A stretch of 55,398 nt of DNA, counting the filler, from Catajapyx aquilonaris (Eukaryota), in assembly GCA_000934665.2 (NCBI GenBank). It is 2 parts of 2 records of this genome, joined end to end, with 100 filler letters (N's around TTAATTAATTAA, not from the genome) between each part and the next. Parts side by side here need not be neighbours in the genome. Positions count along the whole stretch, not along the records: positions 1 to 27,637 come from JYFJ02005028.1; 1 more part is not named here. One strand, 5' to 3'. This document shows, piece after piece, positions 1-14,143 of this stretch (position 1 is the stretch's first letter; each line of letters starts with the position of its first letter). The notes beneath the pieces were generated by a model. It was given only the letters and a program-made list of their open reading frames with translations, searched no databases and was not told the DNA's origin. The translations under genes were made by a program, and so were the position numbers.

Positions 1-3000
1 GTCCAAAGTCCCTGTTACAGGGTGAAAGATGTGCAAACTGTGACAGGAGTTATGAACCACTCCTTTTCTGGTGTCAGACACCCACTATCAACCTACTCTC
101 TGAAAATGCGATCTGTACAGTGCAGGTCTTTTATGGCGATGGCGTAGTTACCAAAAGGTATATGATTCCCAGATTGGTCGTTCAGGACCAGTTTCTGCAC
201 TGTTGGCGATTGAACTGCGCTTTACTGTATGGTATTATTGCATCATGGCTGGTCATCAATCAAGTAATTTGCATTTTATAAGTCAGAATTTTCATATACC
301 GTAATTAATTTATTGGCGAGGATCATATTTCATATATTGTACCTGTTGAATTTTCAGGCGCAAGATCAACAGGTCAAAATTAATAATGTAGCTTTTTACA
401 ATTACGTGGTCAACTGTGCAATTTAATTTTATCGCGTCTCCTGGGCTTCCTAGGCATGCACGTAACACTACACGTGGGTATATCCTATGACCTTTTGAAC
501 ATTAGGAAACCATGTACTGTACGTGACAGTCCGCTCGTAATAACTCAGGCCCACACATACCTGCACGCAAATAATGCATACCTCTCGACTAGACAATTTG
601 TACTACTCATGTGTGAGGGGCAGGAGACACTTATGTACACGCATTACATTTATTGCAGTGTTTGTTTCACTGCAGAAATTTTCAGAGAAATTGTAGGCCT
701 AATCTAACTATGCTTCTACATACGCGTCCATTAAGGGTAAATCACTCTTCACTAAGTATGCTCTCAGAATTAATGAGCATGCCGACACCAGAGGCGACCT
801 TTCCCGGATTGGTCGAGTGTGAGTGCAAAATCTGCGGTTTCTGGCATGAGCGTGTCAACCGCGATGTCCACATAGAAGTACAGCTGCACCTTATCAAATG
901 ATTATAGTGCAAGGCTCAAATTGGATCCCTTTCAAATATGTATGGGCATGACGTGACATTGACAGAACTACAGATAGAATAAGTGTGTTTACCTTATGAT
1001 CCGCTACCATTTTGCAAACATCGACCAATAGTTTTGGGAAGCGCAAACTATACTGTAGGTGAAATAAGCTGCTGCCAAACGTAAGTTAGGAAAATAAAAC
1101 ACCATGTTCATCGAATTCTGATGATTGTGTGGCGCCATGAAACTTTTTTGACACATCGTACTGTATCATTTATTCTTTCTACGCACATACGCTACTACGT
1201 AGGTATTTTCAGGTGTCACTCACTCGAGTCGCCATTAAATGCGAAATTTGCGAAATCTCATTTTCAACTGAGGCCTGGCTGCAAAACCGCAAAATACTGT
1301 AAAACAGAAAGAATAGGAAGATAAAAATTTACTTCCCATTATTGATTCGCAGAACTTGCCAAAAATCCAATGGATGAAATTAACAACGGAAGCGAACCAA
1401 AAAAAAAACTGTTCAGTATCGGACGAAATACTAGCAAGAAAGACCAATATTCCAATATTCCATTTACAATCCAAGTGCAAACTTAAGCGGGCCTGATACT
1501 TCAAAGTGGAAGTGTATGTATATCGGATTAGGTACGGCGAAGCATGAAAAGTGGTGAAGTTCATTTCATATTAATATGCATACACCTGCTGTGCAGAACT
1601 TGTGAAACTGCAAATGAAATATTCCATAACGCCTGGTCTCATTACTATGTAAAGAAACATGGTTGGTTACAAAGTTAGCATTGTTGCTAATACCACCTGT
1701 TTGGAAATTAATCTCAATTGGAGCAAAGTAAATTGGAGGTAATTGAAATGATATTTAAGGTGGAAATGAAGCTAGAGTCACTGAATGAGAATTTCATGAA
1801 AAAAACATATGTTACGCAGTTTTGTGTCCTCTTATCAATGGCGCAAAGAAAAATACACGTCACCGTGCAAATTAGCGAACTAGAGGGCTCAGAAGTTCGC
1901 GATTTAACATGGGCCCTTATGGCAGAATTTTCAATAGTCCACAAAAAAATGATAAGCAAATGAGAATTTTAAAATTTAATGTGGAATATGTCGGGAATTA
2001 TATACTGATCGTAACCGCAAAAAGAAAAACCTACCTCACCGCGCTCTTTCAATTTGTATTGCGGAAAAACGATCCGAAAATGATCCAGTGACGTCACCTT
2101 GCTCCACTAGAGTGAGGCAGTGGCAACACTGCGTTGTTTACGGTAGCGAGATACGGTTGCATACGACCGCGAAATATGAGTGCAAGTTAGTATGATGGTT
2201 TTCACAATGGCTCACACAGGATTTTCGTTTGGCGGGGGTGTTTGTCAGACGTCAGAACCGTTATACTGGTTTATATAATTATAATTATAATATAAAAATC
2301 GAATCATTCGAATCCACCCGGCAATGACGTCACATTGCTACGCGATAATTGGCCCGGAGCTTTGCTGCGTTGCCGCTTCTATCTGTCACCCGCGTACCAA
2401 CTGAACGTGTTCCAAATCCGACACAAATGAAGAGCTACAGGCTCCCCTTTCGGAACTAAACTTTTAAAAATGCCATGACAAATTGGGACCTCGTAATTAC
2501 GACCGGATTAAATCGATTTCCATCTAAAATAAAAAATATTAAGCACACCTCCTAATACCATGTTTAAGTTGGCAGTTGTGAAAATGGCGCCTGCGCACAA
2601 GAACTTGCAGCCGGTAATAGGCTCATATTAAATCGAGTTTAAAACGCTGATTCGAATGGAATGCATAGAATTGAACAGCATTTCCTGCTGCATCGGTTGC
2701 GTATGTTTCCCTGATTTTAGCCCTTCTTATTAACATTCCAATTCTAGACTCTCATTTGATTAGCAAGTCGCTTCATTTCCACCTTAAAGAGTGAAGTGTA
2801 CATCAGCAGTTGCGTATTTAACCTCCTCTGTACACAGTACACTGTACAGGGTGAAACAAGAGGGTCTGTAAAGAAGCCTTGCAGACAACTGGTAAATGAG
2901 TAATGGCAACGTTTGCGTAGGTTGGGATTTTCCAAACGGGAGTCCATATATTACTGCTTGCTTTTAGACTAAGCTTTCATGCTGAAACTTATGTCATCAA

Positions 3001-5147
3001 CAGAGAAACTTTGGTAATGTGCAGTTTGGGCTTAGAGAAACAACCTTTCTTACTCGTTCCAGCATACTAAACAGTACACTTTGTTTCTAATTATAACACG
3101 TAATTACACCCTTTTTTTTCTTCATTGCAGCAGGTTGCAAATAGTGCCTAGGGATTTATGATGTCGTAACCACGGATATCTTATTTCTGCATCTTATAAC
3201 TCAGGAACAACAACTGGAATACTGGAGTAACTTCGCTTCACATAAGCATGAAAAAATACATAACGACATAAGTAAGTGATCGATGATCACAGAGCGTTAT
3301 TGTTTACAAGACAGTTGCAGCTGACGTGGAAAGAAAAATCTTGCCAATTTAGACTCTCCGTTAGTAGAAAATGGTCCAAATAACAGATCACTTTTCCATT
3401 CCTCCAGACATAAAGTTTCATTTAGGAGTCTAGCACGTCCCTAAAGTTGGGAGGTCTTTGCTCTACATTACTGGGGACATTTCCGATGTCGCTTCTGTTC
3501 TCGACTTCTCCAGTGAAGATTCCAGATAGTATAGCACTCCATCAGTCTTGAGAAAAGGATATGATTATAACCTGACCCCCCCCCCCCCAAAAGCCTATAC
3601 TCGCAAGAGAGAGGAAATTTCGTGGGTAGACTTTTGATCCTTCAAGAATCGATTGTGGGACTGACTCTATACTGAATTCCTTCCAGCCAATAGACTCCAC
3701 CATTGTATTGCGGCTGTGGTCGTCTCTCAAGTATACGTGTTTGAAAGTACTTGAATCAACTGAGTGCCATTAATCAAATTTTTTTGTGTGTGTGCCCTGA
3801 TGCCTAATCAGTGAGAGTGTCTGAGTGAATGGAACAAAATGTATTGTGGGGGTTGATGCAAACACAATTCTGGGCTCGAATCCAAAGCTTAGTTGCTCCA
3901 AGCTGTAGGCAGGCGATAACGTGGCTATAATTAGGTAGCTTTCCGTATAGTCTTTAGGGCTGGAATTATTTGCCATTTTAATATCTGACTAAGCGTCATT
4001 TTGCGCCAACGAACATGTGAAATGCAGAATTATTCACAATGCAGACTTCCAGATATGTTTTTTTGCCTTGTTTTATAGGATGTTTTTAATGTTAACATAG
4101 TTTCATTATTATTTGTATTATTGTAATTATAATAATACTGACATTAATGATTTTGTTTTAATTTAGTGATCAGAGGCGCTATCAGAATTCTGAATAAGTT
4201 CATGTGGACCAAATGTGACTGATTGTTTTGCACAAGGTTTTGCATATTTTCTAAAACTTTATTTGTTGGAGCAATCCGACTGGATGAAGTGCAAAGTTGT
4301 AGGCGTCATTTTTATTCTCAAAATTTCCATAAAAAATGACTATACGTTTCATCAAGTGCAAAAGAACTACGCCTCTTCCTTTCACCTTATTTGTCACGGT
4401 CTAGCGACCCTGTCACATTAACCTTACAAAAAAAGACCCCATATATTACAACTGTTAACAAAGAATGTCATTGAATCCGTCCCAAGAGTCACTCACCTGA
4501 TGCAAACTCTAATTTTACGCAACGCTTCTCTAATCAACACCGACTTTTAATCATCTACATCCGTTCCATTTATTAATTAACCCCGGACTATTACAACTGA
4601 TGATCTGTGCAGCCATTAGCACTCTGTAATCTCCCCGGCGCTAAAAGTAACATAAGACACATTTTAGTGAACCTGGCGTATAATTACTTAATGGAAGCTT
4701 AATTGTTCATTAATAGATACACCCCCATCGCTCCACATTAAACCCCACCGAAAAATTCATCTGCCATTATGAACCTGAACGAGGTGCGAATTCCCACCAC
4801 AGCCAACAAGGCAAGCTTCTCTTTAAAATTGAAATCCGTCCCTCTCTACACCCTACAGGCCATATAAAGGCAGAGGGATCAAAGTGTGGCTACCTTTAAA
4901 TGATCCAACCACCTTCAATGCATATCAAAGTGAACTGGTCGTATAAAAGCACTGGAGCAACCCTATACAACCAGCGGTCTGCTTTTATAACATACCCTGT
5001 TTTTCCACTCGAAACGACCTGAGGAACATCCGTGTATATTTTTACATCTGAAGATAAGCTGGGTTTTCCAAAATGTATTCAAACCAATTCAAACACAACT
5101 CTGAATAGCTCTTAAGTGTCGTACCGTAAAGAGATTCATGTACTTAC

Positions 5148-5359
5148 CCGAAAGGCCCCGCGGAATCGATGCGACATGACGTTATACAAAATGGGATTGA
5201 TGGCCGTGGAGACGTAATAAAGAATCCCCGACACGTAGGTCAGAATGGAGTAGAGCTTCATCATGAAAGGGCTGGGGATCTTATCCTCGGTGTAAATTGC
5301 TAAAAGCCTCTGGGCATGAAATGGAGCCCAACAGATGAAGAACGCCACCACTACAGCCA
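5148..5359 (-). CDS. PK1-R: Pyrokinin-1 receptor-like GPCR, coding exon 2 (TM6-TM7, helix 8)
   Basis: VAVVVAFFICWAPFHAQRL...YYVSTAINPILYNVMSHRFRGAFR (CWxP, NPxxY). Acceptor ctccttttctcctttccag; phase 1 joins exon 1 as G|TG=Val. Donor CGG|GTAAGT after 5148. Confidence 0.93.
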
Positions 5360-8300
5360 CTGGAAAGGAGAAAAGGAGATAATGACGTTAATGACCCCCT
5401 TTATACACTCAAGAAGGTCGCGAAGAACACTGAAAATGTAAAGTACGATGGCCTGTGATAAGCCCTACGCATAAAACACAGATGTGGCGATAATGGTCGT
5501 GTTTATGCGAAGAACTGGGGCAGGTATAAGATGACAAAAATTGTCGGTTAGTTGAGGCAACTAAGGCCATAAACCCAGCACATAAGTGCAAAGTGTGCCT
5601 CTTGCTATTTAAAAAAACACACACACATTTTATTGAAATGCCTCTCGACTGTGGCGCAGCATAGTGGGCCAACAGCCAAACACGAAGTGGCGACACGTTT
5701 TTTTCCCACTCCCTCTTTGCTTCCACCTTATATCCAGCCATTTAAACTGTTGAAATCTGTTGGAGGTTATTGCTTCCATTCCCGATTTTGCAACCAGCAT
5801 TACCGTATCAATGACCAATCATTCAACCCGCTTATGATTGCGTCTGGTTAAACGCCGACCAATATTCAAATTGACCGCAGCGTATACAAGCTAATGCATA
5901 GTATTAGTCTCTCATTATCCAGCATCAGGCCAGTTACAAAGTCGACAATATTTTGCATACTAGCCACAAGTTTTATGACTCGAAATTATATTCAGTGGTT
6001 AATATCCTGTGGTTTTTTGCACTCTGTATCAAACCCCAATCGATCTCTACACGGCTGGATATCCGCAAACATTTGCGCCGAATGGTGTTCACAAAAAAGG
6101 GGGGGCTTTTACAGGTCCAAATATTTTTGTTGCTTGATTCCAGACTGCTGAGTGAAGTGGTACACAAATTTAATTTTTGAATCTATGCCATTTGAGCTGG
6201 CGGCATTCCACAAAAGAGGCTCTTTACGAATGTTATGAATGGAGCATGCAACCATATACCTGGAAAAGGGCTGTATTATCGGGGGTCAAAAGCGTGGAAA
6301 AAAACCGAGTTTAGTAAAAGGCAAAGGTAAATCGTATAACTACTAGTTAACTCATACATGTCACTATTTTTAGATCAGAATTCTGTTGATTTTTAATTTT
6401 GTATTGGGTGATGTCAGCATGATCTTTCTTGCATCAGTAGCATAAAAATGATGTGGATGCAGATAAATTTTGTGCGGCTCACTGGGTCGCATATTTTATG
6501 ATAATTTTTACTCATTTTTGATTCAGTTGGCCTGCACTTGGCGTCAGCTATAGCTATTGCAGATTACGTCAGCTTATTGTTATTAATTGCCACTGCATTT
6601 TAGTCTGCAATGGCGGAGTTAATCGGCCTAGTTATTCCCGATAATTATTATACTTAACAGATAAGTAAATTATGTTTAAGATCACCGAAAAGGATGCCCT
6701 GTTTACTCCCGAATGGTGTGAATTTATGTTGAAAGGTTCCACTAAAGGGGTTCACTTTAATTCCCTTACTGCCTCGGACTTCGGCCTTGGCTCTAATTCA
6801 GTTATATTTTATAGTCTTGTAAATCCTAAGTGTCTACATCATGACGTGCGATTCCTCGCTAGATACAGTGGGTGTCTGAAGGCAAGGCTTTCAAAGCTCC
6901 TTATCTAAATGACTGTGCTCATCACCTCTAATATTGAGAAAAGGTGACGTCGCTTTTTGAAAGGTAAGTTAAAAGCTGTCAAAATATTATAGGGTAACAT
7001 TGCATTATTTTAACCAGTGGAGTAAGTATACTAATGCAGTCCATAAATCATTTCCTAAAGGCTTGAGGGACACGACCGGACCATTACCAATATTGTAATT
7101 CACTCGTACGTACTTCACACTCATGTGCTTTTAGTTCAAGTGTTATTTTAAACACAAATATTGATTTATCTGACGTAACATTTACATGAATATCTGAGTG
7201 TCATGCCCAGCTAATTTTGCTTCTATTCTGAGAACACATTTCAGGTTAACTGTATAGGCTATATATGACAGAATCCCTAGTGTTACACAGGAGAAATTAT
7301 TGGCACTATGAAACCACACCGTGCACTGTACGGCGTCCAGAGCATCTCCTGGGCGTCACTTTCAACACAATCAATGCCTGTACTATATTAGGAACTTCGT
7401 AACCTGTCCTACCCATAGGACCTTACGTTAAGCCCCACTGATATGCCCTACCCTTAGGATCCTCTATAGTAATTTGAGTGCATTACAACCATACTATGCG
7501 AAACTCTCAAGGGAGTTGAGACGTTACATTAATGAAATCCCAAGCCTGATTGTCAACCTCAAGTTGTTATAGCAACAACATATTAGAGGTACACTTTAGG
7601 GGAGATTTTATATCGTCAATAGTAATAGCAACAAATTTCAAAGCAACTAATATTGTCGAACTCACAGGCAGCTACCACCCACACATGAGAGAGATGAATG
7701 ATTTTTGCTCACATACGGGGAAGTCTCACATGTTAATTAGCTTATGTTTGAAAGTTAACCAAAAGTTACACCCGCCTATTCGGATTTCAGGCAGGGTTGA
7801 ACATGAACCTACACAAAAAGTGTAAAAAAAAACTGAAAACAAATTAGTGTCTGCGAGAGTATCCATTCTGTCAATCAACCATTCGCCGCTTTTGAATTCC
7901 GCCAATTAACTACTCTGCTTGTGCAAAAGCCTATGCTTCCTAACAGGCTTTTTTTCTGTGCCTCTGATTGCGTAGATGAGTTACATAGAGAGTTATATAA
8001 GCTCTGAGCTCGCTACAAAGAACATTGCATTTATTTTTTCTTTGCAAAATTTCGACCCAGTGCTTTTTTATTAGATAATATGACGATTTAATATGGTACG
8101 CCGTGTGGAACAGCTATTCATGACAATAAAGTACGTAATTTTTGTAGAAAAAGCTACCAATTTGTTTACATCACCAACCAGAGTTCAAGGCAAGGTCAAA
8201 TAGGTCAGGGGTATTTCCACCTTTGAAAGTGAAAACTCGAGTGAAAACAATACAACTTCGAGAAGTCATTCAAACCCGCTGTTTGGAAATTTGAGATTCA

Positions 8301-8763
8301 TTGTTTACAAACGTCATGGTCCTCCAGAAAGCTTCTAATGAAGGTTTGGAAGCGTGTTTTGGCCATCTACATTTCAGCGAATAAAAAAAAAAAAAAACTT
8401 AACCCTTATGCAACAGTGATATTGAATCCACGTGCCCTGAAGAAAAATAACGTGATAAGGTCTCAACAACCGAACATTGTGGCGCGACCGGGACTTCATC
8501 CTGAATAGTTTCCAATATCTGCAATGCTCTTAGGTCTCCTCTGGCTACCAGGGGGGGGAAAAGTACTATTGTATTCATAGCGCTTGGATATTGTGGAATA
8601 GCATGAGCTTAATCCGAATGGCACTTTAAATGATGGAATATTTAAGGGAAGCTCCACTGCCGCCTATTAGAACTAGTAGTCACCAGCAGAGCTCTAGTTA
8701 AATGAAATATTCAAGAAATTGGATGGGAATATTATGAATTGCCTCCATACTAAAGCATGACCA

Positions 8764-8916
8764 CTTTCAGAAAGGGACGTGACGTATGATGACGTTTCAT
8801 ACAGCACCAATCAGAAGCAAGATCCTCTCCCTTCTTCCCAATGAACTTTGGTGCTTTCACGAAACGTCATTATACGTCACGAAACGTCATCATACGTCAC
8901 GTCACGTCCCTGAAAG
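8764..8916. mobile_element. Short MITE, probably Tc1/mariner type
   Basis: Inverted termini ctttcag..gggacgtgacgtatgatgacgtttc / gaaacgtcatcatacgtcac..gtccctgaaag; right flank TA, left flank CA; ~20-bp internal tandem duplication. Confidence 0.65.
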
Positions 8917-9371
8917 TATTATTTACATACTGAGCATGTGCAAGTAGAGAGTAATATAATTTGCTCCATAGAATTGGCGGACAAACTGCGTTTTGAAATT
9001 GCATATTTGCAGACATCAATCACTAATTCCCGATTTTTCTAACGAGCTAAATGAGACTTAATTATCTGAACGAACAACATAATTAAAATTACGGGAAAAC
9101 CTGGGGCATATGAAGCATCATATATAGTGTAGCCTAAACAAAATGAGAGACGAAGTTTCATATTACGTCTACAACACCTGAACCCACTGGGCAATAATAT
9201 TATAACTGCGTTGGTGGATCAAAATCATGCTGCTCATTAACTCCTCAATCAGAAATGATTTCAAAACTTGTATTATTATTCAGATTGAATGGGTGAAAAT
9301 GAAAGGAAGAAATTGCATCACTTGAAAGGCTGCCCTAGTAATTTTTCTCCCCCTGGTATAGGCCTAATAAG

Positions 9372-9711
9372 GGAGACGGAGTGGCGCCGCGGTAACGTGC
9401 GCGCCCACGGATGTTAAGGTCCCGGGTTCGATCCCAACCCGGGGACACCCCCTTCATCTCGTGCAGAGTTCAGGGTCACCTCTGGCTTCGTCTCGGGTGG
9501 TATTTCCTACAGACTAAACCACCCGGGGGAGTTCACTAAAAATGGCCACCACGTCAGTCGCACTGCACCTTGCACATCCCCTCCTGTCATCCTGCCCGTG
9601 GGCCCGGGCGCTTCGTTCAAGGCTCCAAATGTACGAATTGAAAATAAAGGTCCGTGCAAAACACCTTCTGGGTGAGCACTACCCCAACAATTATTATTAT
9701 TATTATTATTA
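9372..9711 (+). mobile_element. tRNA-derived SINE, family 2 (full length)
   Basis: A-box-like TGGCGCCGCGG, B box GGTTCGATCCC, (ATT)n tail, TSD tataggcctaataag (9357-9371 / 9712-9726); homologous to 28881 and 31727 copies. Confidence 0.9.
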
Positions 9712-12700
9712 TATAGGCCTAATAAGAAAGTGACGCAAGTTCTTTAGAATCGTCTATGTAGTTACGCAATTCCTTTGCAAAAACTTTTCCAGTGTTTTTT
9801 CAAACTAATCGAATCAAGCCCGTGCGCTTCCCAAGTTTGTTTCCCATAATCCAAATGAGACCAGGAAGAATTAGAGGTATTTGTTAATGAATACGGAATT
9901 ATCGAAAGAGGAAGCTTTCAAGTTCCCGTCAAACAGCAAATTGCAAATTATAATTAAAAATTCCGTCCACTCTCAATCTCAATTTCATGAAAAAATTTGC
10001 GGAACATCAAACACGAATTATAGTATCAGAAACTTTGACAGACTCAGGAAGTAAACGAGGCTATTCACACTGCTATACAGACAAGGAGATAAGTCCCCAT
10101 CCGAAACATTTTTTAAACATAACCAGGACAGTTATAATCTCCCGTAATTTCGCGCCTTGAATTTTCAGCGAATAATGAACAATGCACGGGCGTTTCATTT
10201 GATGTACGACTCCCACAACTCATCAAAAAGACTCATGTGACGTCGAATATATCACGGCAACGGCGGAAGCAAGGCTGCAAATTGCACTGTCAGATTAGAA
10301 ATCCTAGCTGGGGAGCATGTCCTGAAGGATGGATATTAAGCAGGGTAATGTTACGTAACACGCTTTTTTTAATATTAAAGTTTATCATCGACTCGGGACC
10401 TGATGTGATCCTGTGCCTCTAGGGTGTCGAATTTACTGCACTGTTGGCTCTTAAAATGTTCGATTCCTCTGTATTAAAGGTTACATGAGACCCCTGGAGC
10501 AAGGTCTGTAACTTAAGCCTCTATAAAAGCCTTCTTTACTAACCTACAATTAGCCTCATTCCAACCCATTTAATTAATGTTGCATATAGCAGTGCTTGAA
10601 TTTCACACGAGTACCTGCAGTGTGAAGTAACCAGAAATGGCATAAGATGCAGTCGATAAAGATTCAATTTTCTTCATTTGTGTAGAATGCTCCCGTATAC
10701 AGTAATGAAGTTTTATTGCGATTTTAATCAGATACGCAGGGCCCAAAAACACTAATTAACTAGTTCTAGATTTCTATAGTAATTCAGTAAAAAGTAAGCG
10801 CAACAGTTAAATTTAGATGCATTTAAGTAAGGCAAAAGTAAATATTTGTAATATTGTTGCTGTTGGTCTGTAGCACTCAAGCTACACTGTACGGTACTAG
10901 TTTATTATTATTTTTTAAAATATCATTTTTTTTCTCCCCCTCTTTTTCCTGGAGAATCTTTAAAAATATGACGATTCGATTGGTAAGCTGACTGCGAACA
11001 AATTCGCCTGCCAACTAAAAATGGGCAAAGTGTCAAAAACCTCAAATTTGAAGCCGTGTTTGGCAAAAGCGCAGCATTTCAATGAGACAGGTCACATTTT
11101 AAATGGCTCAGGGAAGTCCTAAAGAAGTGGAGGAATAATTATTTAAGGGAGGAGAAACTTGGGGGGCTTTAAAAAATGATTCTGGTCGTTCTCAACTTCA
11201 TTTTTTTTTTCATAGCCATAATTTTTCAATTCATTATGTCAAATTCATGCAAAATCAGTCTTTACAAAAAATGTACTGGAATTTTCGGTTCGTTTGAATC
11301 TCGTCAAAAATGCGTAGTACCACAGGTATGAATCATTAATTAGAGTGCATGTATTACTAACGGACCATAATCCAACTATTCAAGCCAGAAGCAGGAATAA
11401 ATTAGGAAATCCTAATGAAAAAATTATCATTCTTGAAATAGACACTTCATCTATAGTATAGCCAAAGTATCCATCAAGTCAAATGATTTTCATTGCTATA
11501 TGATCCTTTAATAGTGCCAGCATAAAATCTAGTTTCACTCCCCACGCCATTAGTTAAACATCATTTCGTAAAATTAAGTTTAAGTTTAACTGGCCGTGAA
11601 TATTAAATGACACTGATGATCATAACCGTATCGTGTTCATGGATTGCACTTTATTTTATTTTTGAGTCCCATATACCATGTCGGGCAACTGAGAGATGCG
11701 TCAATTGGCACTCATTAAAAGGCCATTAATTAATTAGGTGTTGAAACAGATATTTCTAGGCTACAAAATATTATTTCCAGCATTCAATTATTGCTGTTAG
11801 GTAATTATGCATGAACTTTGAATCATACACAGTTTAATCGTTCGTGTTGGATAATGGTCAACAAGCTTTTATGAAACTGGATATTCTCTGAAGAATATTT
11901 GATATCCCAATAGGGAGAACCTGCTTAATTAGAACCACCTTGGTTCTAAAAATTTTGGCAACTTAAATTAAACTTTAAGTAGAAACACCCCAGCACGCTA
12001 TCCTTACGTAATTCTCAAGAGTGTGATAACTTGATAGCTCAGCCCTTACACTATAGTGGTCTAGTGTGCTAGAGTGAGCTTACTGGTTTGTAATTACTTG
12101 ATGGTAGGTTACATCAGCTAATCATCTTCATGAGCTGCAGGGCATCATATGTTGCAATATGTACTTTAATTTTCAATTAATTAGGTAAACCTACATGGCT
12201 TCACATTTAAGTTAGTAATATCTGACGTTAACCAGGCTAATAGAATTATGACCTTAAAACATTACCGCAATATACTGTAATAGAACGGAGAGTATTGTTT
12301 TCACAGGGTTTGTTCAAATTCCGTGAGGATTTAACAATAAATTAATAGCTTCATTGAAATGCCTCTAAATTGGCACAATAGATCCGGTGTTAAATCCAAC
12401 CTTTAGTAGGATTATCAGTAAGCTATTATCAGCCACACTGAATCGAAGGTGTCCATGGAGTGATTTTGCCATTACCTGCGCATATTTTAATGAGTGAGTG
12501 ATTCTAGCACAAGTCATCAAAAAATTCTTACCTACATGATTTTGGATTTGCAAACAATTTACAAAATTCTGGATATTGTCAACAAACACTGCGGTATGCC
12601 TTTTTCCCCGTTGCAATGACAACGTTTTAAATAAATGTCTGCACTAATGCATACAAAACCTTGCTGCATCGGGGCACATTAGAATATTGAATTAAATATT

Positions 12701-13272
12701 AAAACTGCATGAAATAATGCGATCCAAATGAGAAAATCGCAAAGAAATTATTGCAATTTTCCTATGCAAATCTTCATAACATACGAACGTATTATCGGAC
12801 CACCGAGATTCACTTCTAACTCGTAACATTAGAAGCCGCGAGCTCTATTGAAAATCACCGCGGGTCACGTCAACACAGCCCTTTGAACCTGTTACAAAGT
12901 GCAATTAAGTCATAAACTCAGTCCTTTCAACACCATTCTACTGCAACACACTTACGAGGACTGTCGTTGAATCGCGTATAATAAGCGTCTCAAAAGCATG
13001 ACAAAGCTGGTTTTAGCATAACACAAGTCTCTCCCCAAGAAACGTCGAGATAATCAAATTACTCCTAGACGCATTGTAACGTTCAAACCCCACAATTACA
13101 AGAAAATGGTGACAATGCATCCGTCATTTTTACATGTAGATCCTTCAATTATGATTTTTAATGGGTAGTTAACTTTCATTACGTACAGATTTAGTTAATG
13201 GCACTTAATGTACAGTTTGCTGTTAATGGCTAGTTAAATGCTTGGGTAAGCCATCAAAAGTGTGGTACTCAC

Positions 13273-14143
13273 CCAGCATCTGAATGACGTGCCTGGAGGT
13301 CTGCGCCCTGTACTTCTTGGGACGTCTGTCGTCATGCTGAGGTGTTGAAGATGACCTTCCACTGGCAGCATCCTCCTTGGCCATGGTCCTGGCCTCCTTC
13401 AGCTTCATTCCGATCCGGACGTACAGCACCGTAATGACGGTCATGGGTGCCACGAAGAACACGAACGTCGATATCTCAAACGAGTGGGTGACTATCACGT
13501 GTTTGACTGCACATGCGGCGGTGTCCGGCTCGATGTGACCTGCAGATGTGACCCGGTATACCAGACCAAACTGCAGGGCTTGAGGTACTGCCAGAACCAG
13601 GGCTGATATCCAGATGGCCATTATGTGCTTGATGACTCGAGTTGGTTTGGACAACTGGTGCAGAAGGAACGGATGGCAGATAGCCACGTACCGCTCGATG
13701 GTAAACGCGGTTATGGTCAGGACAGTCGCGTTGGACGACGCTTCGGCTGCAAGACCACGCAGCACACAGAACGTCTCACCGAACGTGTATGGGTACCTAG
13801 CCCAGATGTACAGCATCTCTTGAGGCATACCGGACACTAGCAGAATCAAGTCGGACAATGCGAGGCTGAACAGGTAATAATTAGTGGCTGTATGGAGGTA
13901 CCGGTTCATTGAGATGACCACGCAGGTACTGACGTTACCAACAATTCCGCCAACAAACACCACCGTGTATATGACCGTAATTGGCACCACAACGTACAAC
14001 GGATCACGCTTGTCACTAGAGTGCGTCCAGTTCTGATCTGGCGACACAGTTGCGGACAACAAGTCCGTATGTTGGACACTGGACACACTACTCACTTCCC
14101 ACAGCACAGAGATGTTCCGTCCGAGACCCACGTATTCCATCAT
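13273..14143 (-). CDS. PK1-R: Pyrokinin-1 receptor-like GPCR, coding exon 1 (N-terminus, TM1-TM5, ICL3)
   Basis: ORF has RDPLYVVVP-TM1, GNVSTC, HTATNYYLFSLALSD, GMPQE, RGLAAEASSNATVLTITAFTIERYVAICHPF (ERY motif), AVPQALQFG and FFVAPMTVITVLY, typical of pyrokinin/PBAN receptors; PQE and RGL favour the PK1 subtype. ATG at 14143 precedes N-glycosylation sequons NIS and NWT. Strong acceptor ttttcccgttttctccag upstream (exon would start 14255); donor G|GTGAGT after 13273 (phase 1). Confidence 0.92.

Noticed and set aside
3420..3976. Minus-strand open stretches as possible terminal receptor exon
   Set aside because: No convincing phase-0 acceptor and no recognisable receptor C-tail features; interrupted by stops.
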